A stretch of 64,000 nucleotides of DNA. It comes from Myxococcales bacterium. Lineage in GTDB: Bacteria; Myxococcota_A; UBA9042; JABWCM01; BTVJ01. Of the stretch, positions 45,736 to 56,500 are shown piece by piece (the stretch's first letter is position 1; every line of letters starts with the position of its first letter). A program made the position numbers and the translations under genes. The stretch spans positions 118,668 to 182,667 of the forward strand of contig BTVJ01000007.1 in NCBI GenBank assembly GCA_045863395.1, written 5' to 3'. The notes under the pieces were generated by a model. The model was given only the letters and a program-made list of their open reading frames with translations, was not told the DNA's origin and did not search any database.

Positions 45736-46011
45736 ATGTCTCGGCTCGGACTGCTCGCCCTCGCCCTCGCCGCGTGCTCCGCCCCGTCGGAGCAGGAGTG
45801 CCGGGCCGCGTGCGACAACGTGGTGCAGTTGACCGCCCAGAGCGTGGAGCAGCTCGACGAGGCGGAGGCCGCGAGGCTCGTCGAGGAGGCCCGCGACCAG
45901 CTCGCGCCGTGTGTCCAGGCGTGCGTGAAGGGCGACCGGGCGCGCCCGCAGTGCCTGGCGGAGGCGAAGTCCCTCAAGGCCGCCCGCGAGTGTGCTCCCT
46001 CCCCGCGTTGA
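45736..46011 (+). CDS. Small Cys-rich helical lipoprotein
   Basis: AGGAGG RBS; LAAC lipobox; CRAAC...CVQAC...C...C. Confidence 0.7.
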   Translation: MSRLGLLALALAACSAPSEQECRAACDNVVQLTAQSVEQLDEAEAARLVEEARDQLAPCVQACVKGDRARPQCLAEAKSLKAARECAPSPR

Positions 46012-46015
46012 CCCT

Positions 46016-47962
46016 CTACAGTGTGCGGATGAGCGCCGTTCGCACGGCCCCTGCGACCTCCCCGGCCCGTCCGGGGCGCAGGTCTCGCCGCGGGTCCAGG
46101 CACTGCAGGACGACGCGACCGAGCGCCGGGTCGATGTCGCGGCGGATCATCCACGGCGGCGTCGGCGGAGGGCTGCCGGGCGCCGGCCGCCCGGCGAAGG
46201 GCAGGGCGCCCGTCAACATGCGGTAGATCAGGACGCCCAGGGAGAACACGTCCGCGGCGCCGTCGATGACGCCACCGACCTCGGGCGCTCGATACGCGTC
46301 CGAGTCGTCGGCGCCGATGAGGCGCGGGTCCACCACCCGCAGCGCCTGCACCAGCCCCACATCGGTGAGGACGAGCGCGTTCTCGGGCTCGTCTCGCAGC
46401 AGGATGTTGGTGGGCTTCACGTCCCCGTGCACGAGCCCCACGTCGTGGAGGTGGTCGAGGGCCGCCCCGAGCTGCATGGCGACCGCCAGCAGCAGCTTCG
46501 GGTGCGCCGGCTGCCCCTGCGCCAGGCGCCGGTCCAGGCTGCGGCCGATGATGTAGTCCGTTGCCAGGAAGGGGTGGCCCTCCAGCTCGCCCATGTCTCG
46601 CACGCCGACGATGCCCCGATGGCGCACCTCCGCCGCTCGGCGGACCGCCTCTCGGAAGGCCTCGCGGGCGATGGCCGGGCTCTGGCCCCAGGACTCCAGG
46701 AACTTGACGGCCACCAGCTCGGACAGGTCGTGGTCGTAGCCCTTGTACAGGCGCCCGAGCGAGCCCTCGCCCACCAGCTCGAACAGCTCGTACCGGTCCG
46801 TGGGCCTCTCATTGGCGGTGGACACGTCGTGCTCCGTAGGCCCGATGGTCACCCCCGAGGCAGTCACGTCGATCTCCGGCACCATCAGCGGGACGTCCAC
46901 GCGGCGCACCTGGTCCTCGATGCGTGCACGCACCCGCTCCAGCCGCCGCCCGACGGTGGCGTCCTTGGGCCGCTCCACCTGCAGGGCGAGCAGCAGCTCC
47001 ATGGCCTCCCCGTACCGGTGCTGGACCTCCAAGAGCTTCGCGAGCAGCTTGCGAGCGTCCCGGATCTGGGCCTCGTCGGTCGCCAGCCTCAGGAAGGCGC
47101 GCACCAGCTCGGCCGAGCGGTCTGCCTGCCGCAGGTCCCACGCGAGGCGGGCTCGCAGGAGAAGCGCCTTCGCGTACTTCGGGTGGCCCGGGTCGACCCG
47201 CTCGAAGGCCTGCTCGGCCCGCGCCGGATCCCCCCGACGAGCCAGGATGCGCCCGACCCGGTAGTGGTCACCGATGTCCTCCAGGCACTCGATGACCTTG
47301 CGCAGGTCGCCCGCCCGGCGGTAGCACAAGGCGGCGTTGGCCAGGTCACCGGCCTCGCGGTAGCAGGCGGCGGCGGCGGTCCAGCTCCCCTCTGCGGCGA
47401 GGCGGGACGCCGTCGCGACCAGCGAGGTCCGTGCGCTGCGCTCCGGGTCCCCCGCCGAGTCGGCGGATGGGTGCGGGCTGACCCGGCTCCCGGCGGCGCC
47501 GGGGGCGTCGCCTTCCTCGGCAGCGGGTGGCGGCGGAGGGAGGATCTCGAGGAGGTCCCCCAGGTCGTCCAGTGGGTCGAGCGGCTCGCGCTCGTCGACC
47601 TCCTGCACCGCAGGACTGTCACCCGGGCCTTCGAACCCCTCCGAAGTGCTGCGCTGTGGCTGCGGGTGGTCGTCGTCGTCGCCGGTCCCGTCACCGTCGT
47701 CCCCCGCCTCATCGTCGTGCCCTTCGGCTGCGTCGTGATCCATGGGGAGGCTGTCCGGCGGCCGCTCTCGAAGGACGGCCGCCGCGTCGACGCGCACCTC
47801 CCCTCGCCTTCGCGTGAGGCGCACCGTGAAGATGAGGGCCGCTCCGAGCGCCAGGAGCGCCGCCGCGAACCCCACGATCAGCGTTAGATCGGACACACCC
47901 GCTCCATCGGCGCCTGCGGCTGCCTGGGCGATGGGCACCGATGTCTCCGCCATGAACCCCAC
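46016..47962 (-). CDS. Membrane-anchored Hanks-type Ser/Thr kinase with TPR-like repeats
   Basis: N-terminal TM, acidic linker, AAACYREAG TPR-like helices; GEGSLG, VAVK, HGDVKPTN, DVG, APE, DVFSLG; start chosen from GGAGG RBS (alternatives 47953, 47998). Confidence 0.82.
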   Translation of the reverse strand: MGFMAETSVPIAQAAAGADGAGVSDLTLIVGFAAALLALGAALIFTVRLTRRRGEVRVDAAAVLRERPPDSLPMDHDAAEGHDDEAGDDGDGTGDDDDHPQPQRSTSEGFEGPGDSPAVQEVDEREPLDPLDDLGDLLEILPPPPPAAEEGDAPGAAGSRVSPHPSADSAGDPERSARTSLVATASRLAAEGSWTAAAACYREAGDLANAALCYRRAGDLRKVIECLEDIGDHYRVGRILARRGDPARAEQAFERVDPGHPKYAKALLLRARLAWDLRQADRSAELVRAFLRLATDEAQIRDARKLLAKLLEVQHRYGEAMELLLALQVERPKDATVGRRLERVRARIEDQVRRVDVPLMVPEIDVTASGVTIGPTEHDVSTANERPTDRYELFELVGEGSLGRLYKGYDHDLSELVAVKFLESWGQSPAIAREAFREAVRRAAEVRHRGIVGVRDMGELEGHPFLATDYIIGRSLDRRLAQGQPAHPKLLLAVAMQLGAALDHLHDVGLVHGDVKPTNILLRDEPENALVLTDVGLVQALRVVDPRLIGADDSDAYRAPEVGGVIDGAADVFSLGVLIYRMLTGALPFAGRPAPGSPPPTPPWMIRRDIDPALGRVVLQCLDPRRDLRPGRAGEVAGAVRTALIRTL

Positions 47963-48137
47963 GCTTGCCTCCGAATCAGAGCGTGTCGGCACGATCATGG
48001 ACGAGCGGTATGGCGATCGCTCACCTCCTCACACCGTCGAGCCCCCACATCTGTAACCGGAAGGGCGCTCCAACGCCAGTCTCTGGCGCTCGCCGCCGAT
48101 GTGCGCTACGGTCCGCACAATCCAGGAGGACGCGGAC

Positions 48138-48836
48138 ATGAGCCAACCATGGAACGTGCAGCCCCACGGCCCGCTGAGCCAGCTCGAGCCCAACCTGTGG
48201 GAGGTGGAGGGAGATCTTCCAGGCCTGCCGCTCCGGCGGCGCATGACCGTCGCGCGCTCCGCGGATGGCAGGCTCCTGGTGCACAGCGCCATCGCCCTCG
48301 ACGGCCCGGGGATGGCGTCGCTCGACGCGCTCGGCCCGGTCTCCTGGATCGTCGTGCCCAACGGTTACCACCGCATCGACGCCCCCCGCTACAAGGCGCG
48401 CTACCCGGACGCGGTCGTCCTGTGTCCCCGCGGATCCGCTGCGAAGGCCGGTGAGCGGGTCGCCATCGACGGCGCCTACGACGAGGTGGCGCCGAGCGAT
48501 CTCCGCCTCTCGCACTTGGACGGGACCGCCGAGCGGGAGGGCGTGGTGGAGGTGCGCTCCCCCTCTGGGGTGACGCTGATCTTCAACGACTGCCTGTTCA
48601 ACCAGCCCCACCTGCCCGGCTTCAAGGGCTGGCTTCTGAAGGCCATGGGCTCCACCGGCGGGCCCAAGGTGACCTTCGTGGCGCGGACCTTCCTCACGAA
48701 GGACCGCAAGGCACTGCGCGCGCACATGGAGCGCCTGGCCGACACTCCGGGGCTGCGGCGCCTCGTGCCAGGCCACGGCGCGGTGATCGACCAGGACGCC
48801 GCCGGGGTTCTCCGGGCTGTTGCCGCGAAGCTCTGA
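48138..48836 (+). CDS. DUF4336-like / metallo-beta-lactamase-fold protein
   Basis: RMTVAR, LLVHSAI, IVVPNGYH, LIFND, LVPGHG. Confidence 0.75.
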   Translation: MSQPWNVQPHGPLSQLEPNLWEVEGDLPGLPLRRRMTVARSADGRLLVHSAIALDGPGMASLDALGPVSWIVVPNGYHRIDAPRYKARYPDAVVLCPRGSAAKAGERVAIDGAYDEVAPSDLRLSHLDGTAEREGVVEVRSPSGVTLIFNDCLFNQPHLPGFKGWLLKAMGSTGGPKVTFVARTFLTKDRKALRAHMERLADTPGLRRLVPGHGAVIDQDAAGVLRAVAAKL

Positions 48837-48839
48837 CAA

Positions 48840-50033
48840 TCAGAGCGCGAGCTGGACCTGGGTGCGCAGCCGGACGTCCGTCTGCTCTCCGGTTGGCGTC
48901 TCCGAGAGGATGCCTCCGCAGTCGGTGACCCACTTCAGGGAGTGGCCGTGGAAGTAGATGGCCACGCCGCCCGTGATCGCCTGGACGTCGTTGTCGTCAC
49001 CCACCTCGGAGACGAGCCCATACCGGAAGAGCGGCTCCACGAGGCCACCGATGAGATAGCCCGCCTGGGCGTGGAGGCCGCCCGCCTGGAGCTTGCGCTT
49101 GTCGAACGAGTCGCCGTCCTGTCCCGAGGCGACGTAGCCGGCCGCGCTGAACGAGAAGCCCTCGACCTTCAGGATGGTGTCCAGCTCCCCCCGGATCGAC
49201 GATTCGCCGTCGCCGTCGGCGTCCATCTCGACGAGGCCGCTGGCGCCGATGGCGATGCGGAAGGGGCCGCCCTCCAGGTCCGTCTCACCGTACCCCTTGA
49301 TCCCGCCGTGGTTGAAGCCGATGCGCGCGACCAGCGTGGGGTTGAACACCGTCGGGACGTTGTTGAACTTGCCGCTCGTGATGGTCCCGGCGCCGGTCTC
49401 CGTATCGACCGCGACCTTGCCGCTCAGGTCGCCCTTCTCTCCGGTCCCGTTGAACACGCCGACCACCCACTCAAGCGTCGGGGACTTCTCGTAGTCGTTG
49501 CCGAAGGCGATGCCGATGTCGCGGCCGGCCCCGAAGGCCTCGTCGGTGATCTCCGGGTCGGTGAACTGGAGGGCCGACGAGCTGGAGATGAAGGGGCGCG
49601 AGAAGGGCCGCTTCCACTGCCCGACCCGGAGGGTGAGCCAGTCGGGGACGATGTCGTAGTCCATGTAGTAGTCGAGGAGCCTCACTGCCCCCTTGCCGAG
49701 CTCCGTCACGAACATGTACCTGAACCGCTTCCCGAACAGGTTGCCCCCGAACTGGAACCGGGCCCGGGGAATCGAGAAGTTGGAGACGTCCTCCCGGCCC
49801 CCCGGCTCGTCCAGGCTCTCGTAGGTGTAGCGGCCCTGGAGGAGCGCCCGGAAGGTGATGCCGTAGTCCCCATCGGCGCTGCGGATGAAGAAGCCCTTGT
49901 CGTAGCCGGCCGTGACCGCCGGCTCAGCCCCACCGTCCGTGCCCCCCAGATCGGCGATGAGCTCCTCCGCGAGGGCTCCCTGCGCCAGCCCCACTCCGGC
50001 GATCACTACGGCTGCCCGTGTCCAACGGAACAT
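48840..50033 (-). CDS. Phosphate-selective porin, OprO/OprP family
   Basis: Signal peptide; GYDKGFFIRS, FSIPRAR, LRVGQWKRPFSR, GRDIG, GVFNG; C-terminal beta-strand RTQVQLAL. Confidence 0.75.
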   Translation of the reverse strand: MFRWTRAAVVIAGVGLAQGALAEELIADLGGTDGGAEPAVTAGYDKGFFIRSADGDYGITFRALLQGRYTYESLDEPGGREDVSNFSIPRARFQFGGNLFGKRFRYMFVTELGKGAVRLLDYYMDYDIVPDWLTLRVGQWKRPFSRPFISSSSALQFTDPEITDEAFGAGRDIGIAFGNDYEKSPTLEWVVGVFNGTGEKGDLSGKVAVDTETGAGTITSGKFNNVPTVFNPTLVARIGFNHGGIKGYGETDLEGGPFRIAIGASGLVEMDADGDGESSIRGELDTILKVEGFSFSAAGYVASGQDGDSFDKRKLQAGGLHAQAGYLIGGLVEPLFRYGLVSEVGDDNDVQAITGGVAIYFHGHSLKWVTDCGGILSETPTGEQTDVRLRTQVQLAL

Positions 50034-50114
50034 TGCGATGTCTCCCTGCGAGAACCACGTCTGTGCGCCACCCTGGCGCGCGCGCCGATTCTGTCAGGTT
50101 CCGCTCCGTGATGT

Positions 50115-50141
50115 GTGACGATGCCGTGACGCGACAGTGAC
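50115..50141 (-). promoter_or_regulatory. Pho-box-like operator: three GTCAC direct repeats at 11-bp period upstream of the porin
   Basis: Plus-strand GTGAC at 50115, 50126 and 50137. Confidence 0.7.
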
Positions 50142-50146
50142 GAGTG

Positions 50147-51889
50147 TCAAGCTGCTGCCACATGGGCCCGGAGGCGCCGCGCGACGATCCACACCACGCC
50201 CCCGGAGAGCCCCAGCAGCACGAGGTCCGCGGTGGCCAGCGCCGCCTGCCCGGCGACGACGTGACGCCACGTGAGCGTCACCAGGGAGCCGAGGGTCGTC
50301 ATCACCATGAACGCGGCCGGCCACGCAGCCCACCCCCAGCGCCGGCCGTGCCGATAGAGCCAGAAGGAGGCCGTCACGAGCGTCAGGGCGGCCAGGAGCT
50401 GGTTGGCAGACCCGAAGATGGGCCAGATCGCCGTGTAGCCGCGCGTGAACGCGAGCCACACGCAGGGCACCAGGGGTAACGCGGTGTTGACGAGCGGGCT
50501 CCGCAGCAGGCGGGGGCGCGTGGGCCACGCCACCTCCCACAGCTCCTCCACCAGGTAGCGCTGGAGACGGACGATGGTGTCGATGGTCGTGACCAGGAAC
50601 CCCTCGAGGAGCAGGATGCCGAACACCGTGCCGAAGACGGCGGGCAGCCCGAAGCCCCGGTCGAGGATGCCGCCGACCCCCGCGGCAAAGGCCAATGGGG
50701 CGTTGCCCTTGCCGAGGACGCCGTGCTCGTCGTGGGGCCAGACGATGGCCGAGTAGCGGTCGAAGCCGATGCCCCCGAGGATGATCAGCAGCACGCTGAC
50801 GCCGAGCAGCGCCTCCAGGAGCATGCCGCCATACCCGATGGGCCGCAGGTGGGCCTCGCTGGCGATCTGCTTGCTGGTCGTGCCGCCGGCGATCAGGGCG
50901 TGGGCGCCGCTGACCGACCCGCACGCGATGGTCACGAACAGGAACGGCCACATGGCGCCGAGCGCGCCGGCCACGTCTCCGCCAGCGATCGGGGGCGCGT
51001 CGATGGTCGCCCCTTGGAGGCCGGCAGACAGGATGCCCGCGATCATCGCCGCCATGCCGACGTAGAGCAGGTGGACGTTGACGAAGTCGCGTGGCTGGAG
51101 CACCAGCCACACCGGGATGGCGCCAGCGGCGAGCGCGTAGGCCAGCAGCACGAACATCCAGACCTTGGGGTCCATGGCCAGGGGCGCCGCGAAGCCCACG
51201 GCCACCGAGGCGCCGCAGATGCCGACGGCCAGCAGGCTGACCAGCAGGAGCGGGGCGCGGCGCCGAGCGAGCAGCCACCCGACCAGCGGGGCGAGGGCCG
51301 TGATCACGATGACCGACGTGCTCGCGATGCCGCCGAGCATGCCGTGGGGGACGCCGCCGCGGTCCACGGTGCGCAGCAGGGTCTGGTCGGCGGGGAGGGC
51401 GAGGTCCGACAGCGCGTAGGTGCTCGTCAGCGCGACCGCGGTGAGGTCGAGGAAGGCCGCGACCACCATGATGCACAGCACCAGCGCGAAGGCGACGAAC
51501 AGGACGAAGCCCGTCGTGCCCAGGGTGCGCCGCGCGATCTCGGCGATGGAGCGGCCGCCCTCGCGCACGCTCAGGAACAGCGCCAGGAAGTCATGGGTCG
51601 CCCCGATGAGCACGACGCCGAGCAGGATCCACAGCAGCGCCGGCGCCCACCCGTAGCCCAGGGCGAGGGTGGGGCCGATGATCGGGCCGGCGGCGGCGAT
51701 GGACGCGAAGTGATGGCCGAGGAGCACGGGGCCCCGGGTGGGCACGAAGTCCCGACCGTCGGAGCGGGTGACGGCGGGCGTGGGGCGAGCCGGATCCACC
51801 CCGGCCCAGCGGGCGGCGAGGCGGCCCCACACGCGGTAGCCGAGGGCCAGCACGGCGATGGACGCGGCGAGGGTCAGCGCCAGGTTCAC
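50147..51889 (-). CDS. cstA: Carbon starvation protein A family transporter
   Basis: DGRDFVPT, GHHFASIAAAGPIIGP, PFLFVTIACGSVSGAH, GYGGMLLE, IWPIFGSANQLLA. Confidence 0.92.
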   Translation of the reverse strand: MNLALTLAASIAVLALGYRVWGRLAARWAGVDPARPTPAVTRSDGRDFVPTRGPVLLGHHFASIAAAGPIIGPTLALGYGWAPALLWILLGVVLIGATHDFLALFLSVREGGRSIAEIARRTLGTTGFVLFVAFALVLCIMVVAAFLDLTAVALTSTYALSDLALPADQTLLRTVDRGGVPHGMLGGIASTSVIVITALAPLVGWLLARRRAPLLLVSLLAVGICGASVAVGFAAPLAMDPKVWMFVLLAYALAAGAIPVWLVLQPRDFVNVHLLYVGMAAMIAGILSAGLQGATIDAPPIAGGDVAGALGAMWPFLFVTIACGSVSGAHALIAGGTTSKQIASEAHLRPIGYGGMLLEALLGVSVLLIILGGIGFDRYSAIVWPHDEHGVLGKGNAPLAFAAGVGGILDRGFGLPAVFGTVFGILLLEGFLVTTIDTIVRLQRYLVEELWEVAWPTRPRLLRSPLVNTALPLVPCVWLAFTRGYTAIWPIFGSANQLLAALTLVTASFWLYRHGRRWGWAAWPAAFMVMTTLGSLVTLTWRHVVAGQAALATADLVLLGLSGGVVWIVARRLRAHVAAA

Positions 51890-52044
51890 TGCGGTCCCAC
51901 CTGAGTCTTGGTTTCGAGCGCCGGGAAGATAGCACGGTGCCCAGGTCTTGTACCACGGGCTCGACGGGCAGCCTCTTGACATGGGACCGTCCAGAGAGGA
52001 GAGATCCCCCGACCGGGCAGGCCAACCGTGGAGAGACCAGAGAG

Positions 52045-52284
52045 ATGAGCGAGGCGGGCGCCACAGCGGCGCGGAAGATCGTACTGGACGTGGGCGGTAT
52101 GCACTGCGGCAACTGCTCCGGCAAGGTCCAGAAGGCCCTCAACGACCTGCCGGGCGTCACCTATGCCCTGGTGAGCCACGAGCGGGGGGAGGCGCGGGTG
52201 CGGTTCTCGCCGTCCGAGGTCACTCCAGATGCCCTCGTCGCGGCAGTCGAGGCGGCGGGCTTCACCGCGAGCGTCCAGCCATGA
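52045..52284 (+). CDS. Heavy-metal-associated (HMA) domain protein, CopZ-like
   Basis: VGGMHCGNC, ALNDLPGV, AVEAAGF. Confidence 0.88.
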   Translation: MSEAGATAARKIVLDVGGMHCGNCSGKVQKALNDLPGVTYALVSHERGEARVRFSPSEVTPDALVAAVEAAGFTASVQP

Positions 52285-53558
52285 GGAGGGCCCGCAACGC
52301 CATCCTCGGCGTCCTCGCGGTGGTGATCGTGCTCGGCGTCGGGCTGAACGTGCGCGGCCGCATCATCGCGTCCAAGAAGCCACCGGAGCGCCAGCCTCCG
52401 CAGGAGCACCACACCGTGGTGGACACGGTGGCGGTCACTCCAAAGACGTTGCCGACCTCGGTGGTCGCCTACGGCACGGTCGTCTCGGGCACGACGCTCC
52501 AGCTCATCCCCGAGGTGGGCGGGAAGGTCGTCGAGGCGCGCCCCCTGCGCCCGGGCACCACGTTTCAGGCGGGGGACGTGCTCTGGCGCGTGGACGCCCG
52601 TGACCACGAGCTGGCCCTGGCGCGCATCGACGCCGAGACCGCGCGCCTCCAGGCGACGCTGGCGCGCCTCAACGCCAACCGCAAGGCCGTCGAGGAGCGC
52701 GCCCGCATCGCCAAGGACCTGACCGCCCTCGCCAAGGCCGACGTGGACCGCTACGAGCACCTCAAGCAGAAGGGCGCTGCCTCGGCGGAGCTCCTGGACC
52801 GGGCGCGGGCGACCCTGGAGCAGCGGCAGGACGCGGCCGCCGCGCTTCGGGGAAGTCTGTCGACGAACCCGCACGAGATCGCGGAGGTCCGGGCGCAGCT
52901 CGCCGACGCCGAGGCGCGGCGCGCCGTCGCGAAGCTCACGTTGGAGCGCACCGCCGTGGTCGCGCCCTTCTCGGGGCGCGTCCTGGAGGGCGAGCTGTCC
53001 GTCGGCGCCGTGCTGTCGCCAGGGAGGGCGGCGGTGACCGTCGAGGACGCCTCGACCATGGAGATCCACGCCCCCCTCACCCTGCGCGAGCTCTCCTGGG
53101 CACGACCCGAGCAGGAGGCGCGGGTCACGCTGCGCGGGGACGCCGACAAGGGCTGGCCCGCCCGCTTCCTGCGCACCGCCGGCTCCGTCGACCAGCGCAC
53201 CCAGACGCAGACCCTGGTCTTCGGGCTCGAGGTCCAGCCCGAGCCCGGCGCCCCGTCGCCCGGCATGTTCGTGACCCTGGAGCTGAAGGGGCGCGACGTG
53301 GAGCGCGCCGTCGAGGTGCCGCGGCGGGCCTTCCGCGAGGACGGCTCCGTCGCCGTGGTCGTGGACGGGGCGCTCCGCTTTCGGACGGTGGAGCTGGTGC
53401 GCGACGCGGGGGACAGCGTGATCCTGCAGGGTGATCTCGCAGACGGAGACGCGGTCGTGCTCAATCCCCCGCGCGACGCCGTGGACGGGGAGCCGGTCCG
53501 CGTCCGTGGCAAGGCGGCCGTCGCGGCTACGGCGGCGGCAGCCGAGGCGGCCCCGTGA
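52281..53558 (+). CDS. RND efflux periplasmic adaptor (membrane fusion protein)
   Basis: N-terminal TM; IPEVGGKV, long coiled coil, RTAVVAPFSGRV, PGMFV, VPRRA; ATGA overlap. Confidence 0.9.
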   Translation: MRRARNAILGVLAVVIVLGVGLNVRGRIIASKKPPERQPPQEHHTVVDTVAVTPKTLPTSVVAYGTVVSGTTLQLIPEVGGKVVEARPLRPGTTFQAGDVLWRVDARDHELALARIDAETARLQATLARLNANRKAVEERARIAKDLTALAKADVDRYEHLKQKGAASAELLDRARATLEQRQDAAAALRGSLSTNPHEIAEVRAQLADAEARRAVAKLTLERTAVVAPFSGRVLEGELSVGAVLSPGRAAVTVEDASTMEIHAPLTLRELSWARPEQEARVTLRGDADKGWPARFLRTAGSVDQRTQTQTLVFGLEVQPEPGAPSPGMFVTLELKGRDVERAVEVPRRAFREDGSVAVVVDGALRFRTVELVRDAGDSVILQGDLADGDAVVLNPPRDAVDGEPVRVRGKAAVAATAAAAEAAP

Positions 53559-56500
53559 GGGCGCTCGTCGCCTACAGCGTCCGCAACCCCATCGTCGGCA
53601 ACCTGCTGATGGTGCTGCTGCTCCTCCTCGGCGTGATCTCCCTCAACAACATGCTGCGGGAGGCGTTCCCCGAGGTCACCCTCGACATCATCCAGACCCG
53701 CGTCGTCTTCCCCGGCGCCAGCCCCAAGGAGGTGGAGGACGGCATCGTCGTCCCCATCGAGGAGGCGGTCCAGGGCGTCGCCGGCATCGACCAGGTGGAC
53801 TCGGTCGCGAGCGAGAACATGGGCTCCGTGGTCGTCACCCTGTCGCGGGGGGCGAACGCCGAGCAGGTGCTGCGGGACGTCCAGGCCAAGGTCGACCAGA
53901 TCATCGGGTTCCCGGTGGACGCCGAGACCCCGGTCGTGTCCCTGGCGCTGCGGACGCGCCCCGTCATCAGCCTGATGATCTACGGCGACGTGGACCGCCT
54001 CGTGCTGAAGGAGGTGGCGGAGAAGCTGCGCGACAGCCTCCTGCTGCGACCGGGCGTGTCCCTGGTCGACGTGCTCGGCGTGAGGGCGCGGGAGATCTCC
54101 GTGGAGCTCTCCGAGGAGGACATGCGCCGCTTCTCGCTGGGCTTCGACGAGGTCGTCGGGGCGCTGCGCACCTCCAACCTGGACCTGACCAGCGGCAGCT
54201 TGAGGACGCCGCGCGAGGAGCTGCGGGTCCGCACCTACGGCAAGCGCTACGACGCGGCGCACGTCGCCGACGTGGTGCTGCGCGCGGACCCGGACGGGCG
54301 CAAGGTGCGCCTGCGGGACGTGGCGAAGGTCGTCGAGCGCTGGGAGGATGCGCCCAACTACGCGTTCTTCAACGGCAAGCCGTCCGTGACGCTCATGATC
54401 CGCAAGACCGAGTCCGAGGACGTGCTCAAGATCATGGAGGAGCTTCGGAGCTTCCTCGAAGAGGCTCGTCCGTCCCTGCCGCCGGGCGTCGAGCTCGAGA
54501 CCTACGGGGACTCGTCGAAGATCCTGCGCGACCGCATGGATCTCATGATCCGCAACGGCACGCTGGGGCTGGTATTGGTGCTGGTCTCGCTGAGCCTGTT
54601 CCTGAACCTGCGGCTCAGCTTCTGGGTGGCGCTCGGCATCCCCATCAGCTTCGCGGGCACCTTCCTGGCGGCGTCGGCCTTCGACGCCATCACCATCAAC
54701 GTGATCTCGCTGTTCGGGCTCATCCTGGTCTCGGGCATCCTCGTCGACGACGCCATCGTCATCGGCGAGAACATCTACGCCAAGGTCGAGAAGGGCATGC
54801 ACCCGCGGGAGGCGGCCGTGGAGGGCACCCTGGAGGTGCTGCCCGCGGTGTTCGCGTCCGTGGTCACCACGATGATCGCGTTCGGGCCCTTGTTCTTCCT
54901 CGATGGCATGATGGGCAAGTTCATCTGGCAGATCGCGGCCATGGTGGTGCTGGCCCTCGCCATGTCCCTCGTGGAGTCCGCGCTGATCCTGCCCGCCCAC
55001 CTCGCCCACTCCCTGGAGCACCGGGATGAGCGGCACGTGGTGCGGGGAGGGGCAGGGGTGGCGGCGGTGGGGGCGGCGGTCCGCCGCGTCTCCCTGGCGC
55101 TCCGCACCGCGCTGGAGCAGGGCTTCTCCTGGTGGGTGCGCAGGGTCTACCGGCCGTCCGTGGCCATGGCCGTCCGCATCCGCTGGGTGACCGTCGCGCT
55201 CACCTTCGTCTTCGTGTCCGTCTCGACGGCCTTCCTTGCCGGTGGGCACCTGGGCTTCGTGTTCTTCCCGGCCATCGACTCCGACGACGTCGCCGCGCGC
55301 ATGATCCTGGCGGCGGGGACGCCGGAGACCGAGACCATCGAGGTGGCCGGTCGCATCGAGGGGGCCCTCGAGGAGCTGGCCGCCGAGCTGAAGCAGGAGG
55401 ACCCGCAGCACCGCGACATCCTACTCAAGACGAGCACCATCATCGGGAGCCAGGGCGTCGGCGGCACGATGCTCGGCTCGGAGGTGTTCGAGGTGAGCGC
55501 GGAGCTGCTCCCCGCGGAGGAGGGGCGGCTGTCCTCCCGGGAGGTCGTCAAGCGTTGGAAGCAGAAGGTTGGCCGGGTGCCCGGCGCCCAGAGCGTCTAC
55601 TTCGGCAACGCCCGCGAGCGCAACTTCGGCAAGCCCATCGCGGCCAGCGTGCTCGGGGCGGATCGCGAGCAGGTGCAGCAGGTGGTGGCGCGCATCAAGG
55701 AGGAGCTGGGCAGCTTCCCCGGCGTGTTCGGCATCGAGGACGACAGCCCGGCGGGCAAGCGCGAGGTGCAGCTCGAGCTGACGCCGCTCGGCCGCGCCCT
55801 GGGGCTCACGCTGCGGGACATCGCGCTCCAGCTCCGCCACGGGCTCTACGGCTACGAGGCCTTGCGCCTGCAGCGGGGGCGCGACGAGGTCAAGCTCTTC
55901 GTGCGCTACCCCGAGGACGCCCGCGCCGGCGTCGGCGCCTTGCAGGACGTGCGCATCCGCACGGGGGATGGCCGGGAGCTGGCGCTCGGCGACGTGGCGG
56001 GCTGGAAGCTCAGCGACGGGACGGTGTGGCTCAAGCGCATGCACCGGCGGCCGGTGATCACGGTCAGCGCCGACGTGGACGAGGCGGTCGCCAACGCGCA
56101 GGTGATCGTCACGGACCTGCGTGAGCGGGTCCTGCCGGCCCTGCGCGCCGACTTCCCCGGCACCGACCTGTCCTTCGAGGGGGCGCAGAAGGAGCAGCGC
56201 AAGGTGGCCGACTCCGCCGCCGCCGCCGTGCCCATCGCGCTGCTGCTCATCGTGACGATCCTGATCCTCGTGTTCCGCTCGGCGCTCCAGGCGGCGCTGA
56301 TCATCCTGCTCATCCCCGTGGGCTTCGGCGGCATGGTGATCTCGCACCTGCTCTACGGAATGCCGCTCACCGTGCTCTCCATCTTCGGCATGATCGCGCT
56401 GAGCGGCGTGGTCATCAACGACTCGGTGGTCTTCGTCGACAAGATCAACCTGAACCTGCGGGAAGGCATGGGCGTCGAGGAGGCGTGCATCGACGGCGGA

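Noticed and set aside
51976..52006. MerR/CueR-type operator with a 19-bp spacer before the HMA gene
   Set aside because: The -35 is perfect, but the -10 (GAGATC) and dyad symmetry are too weak to call
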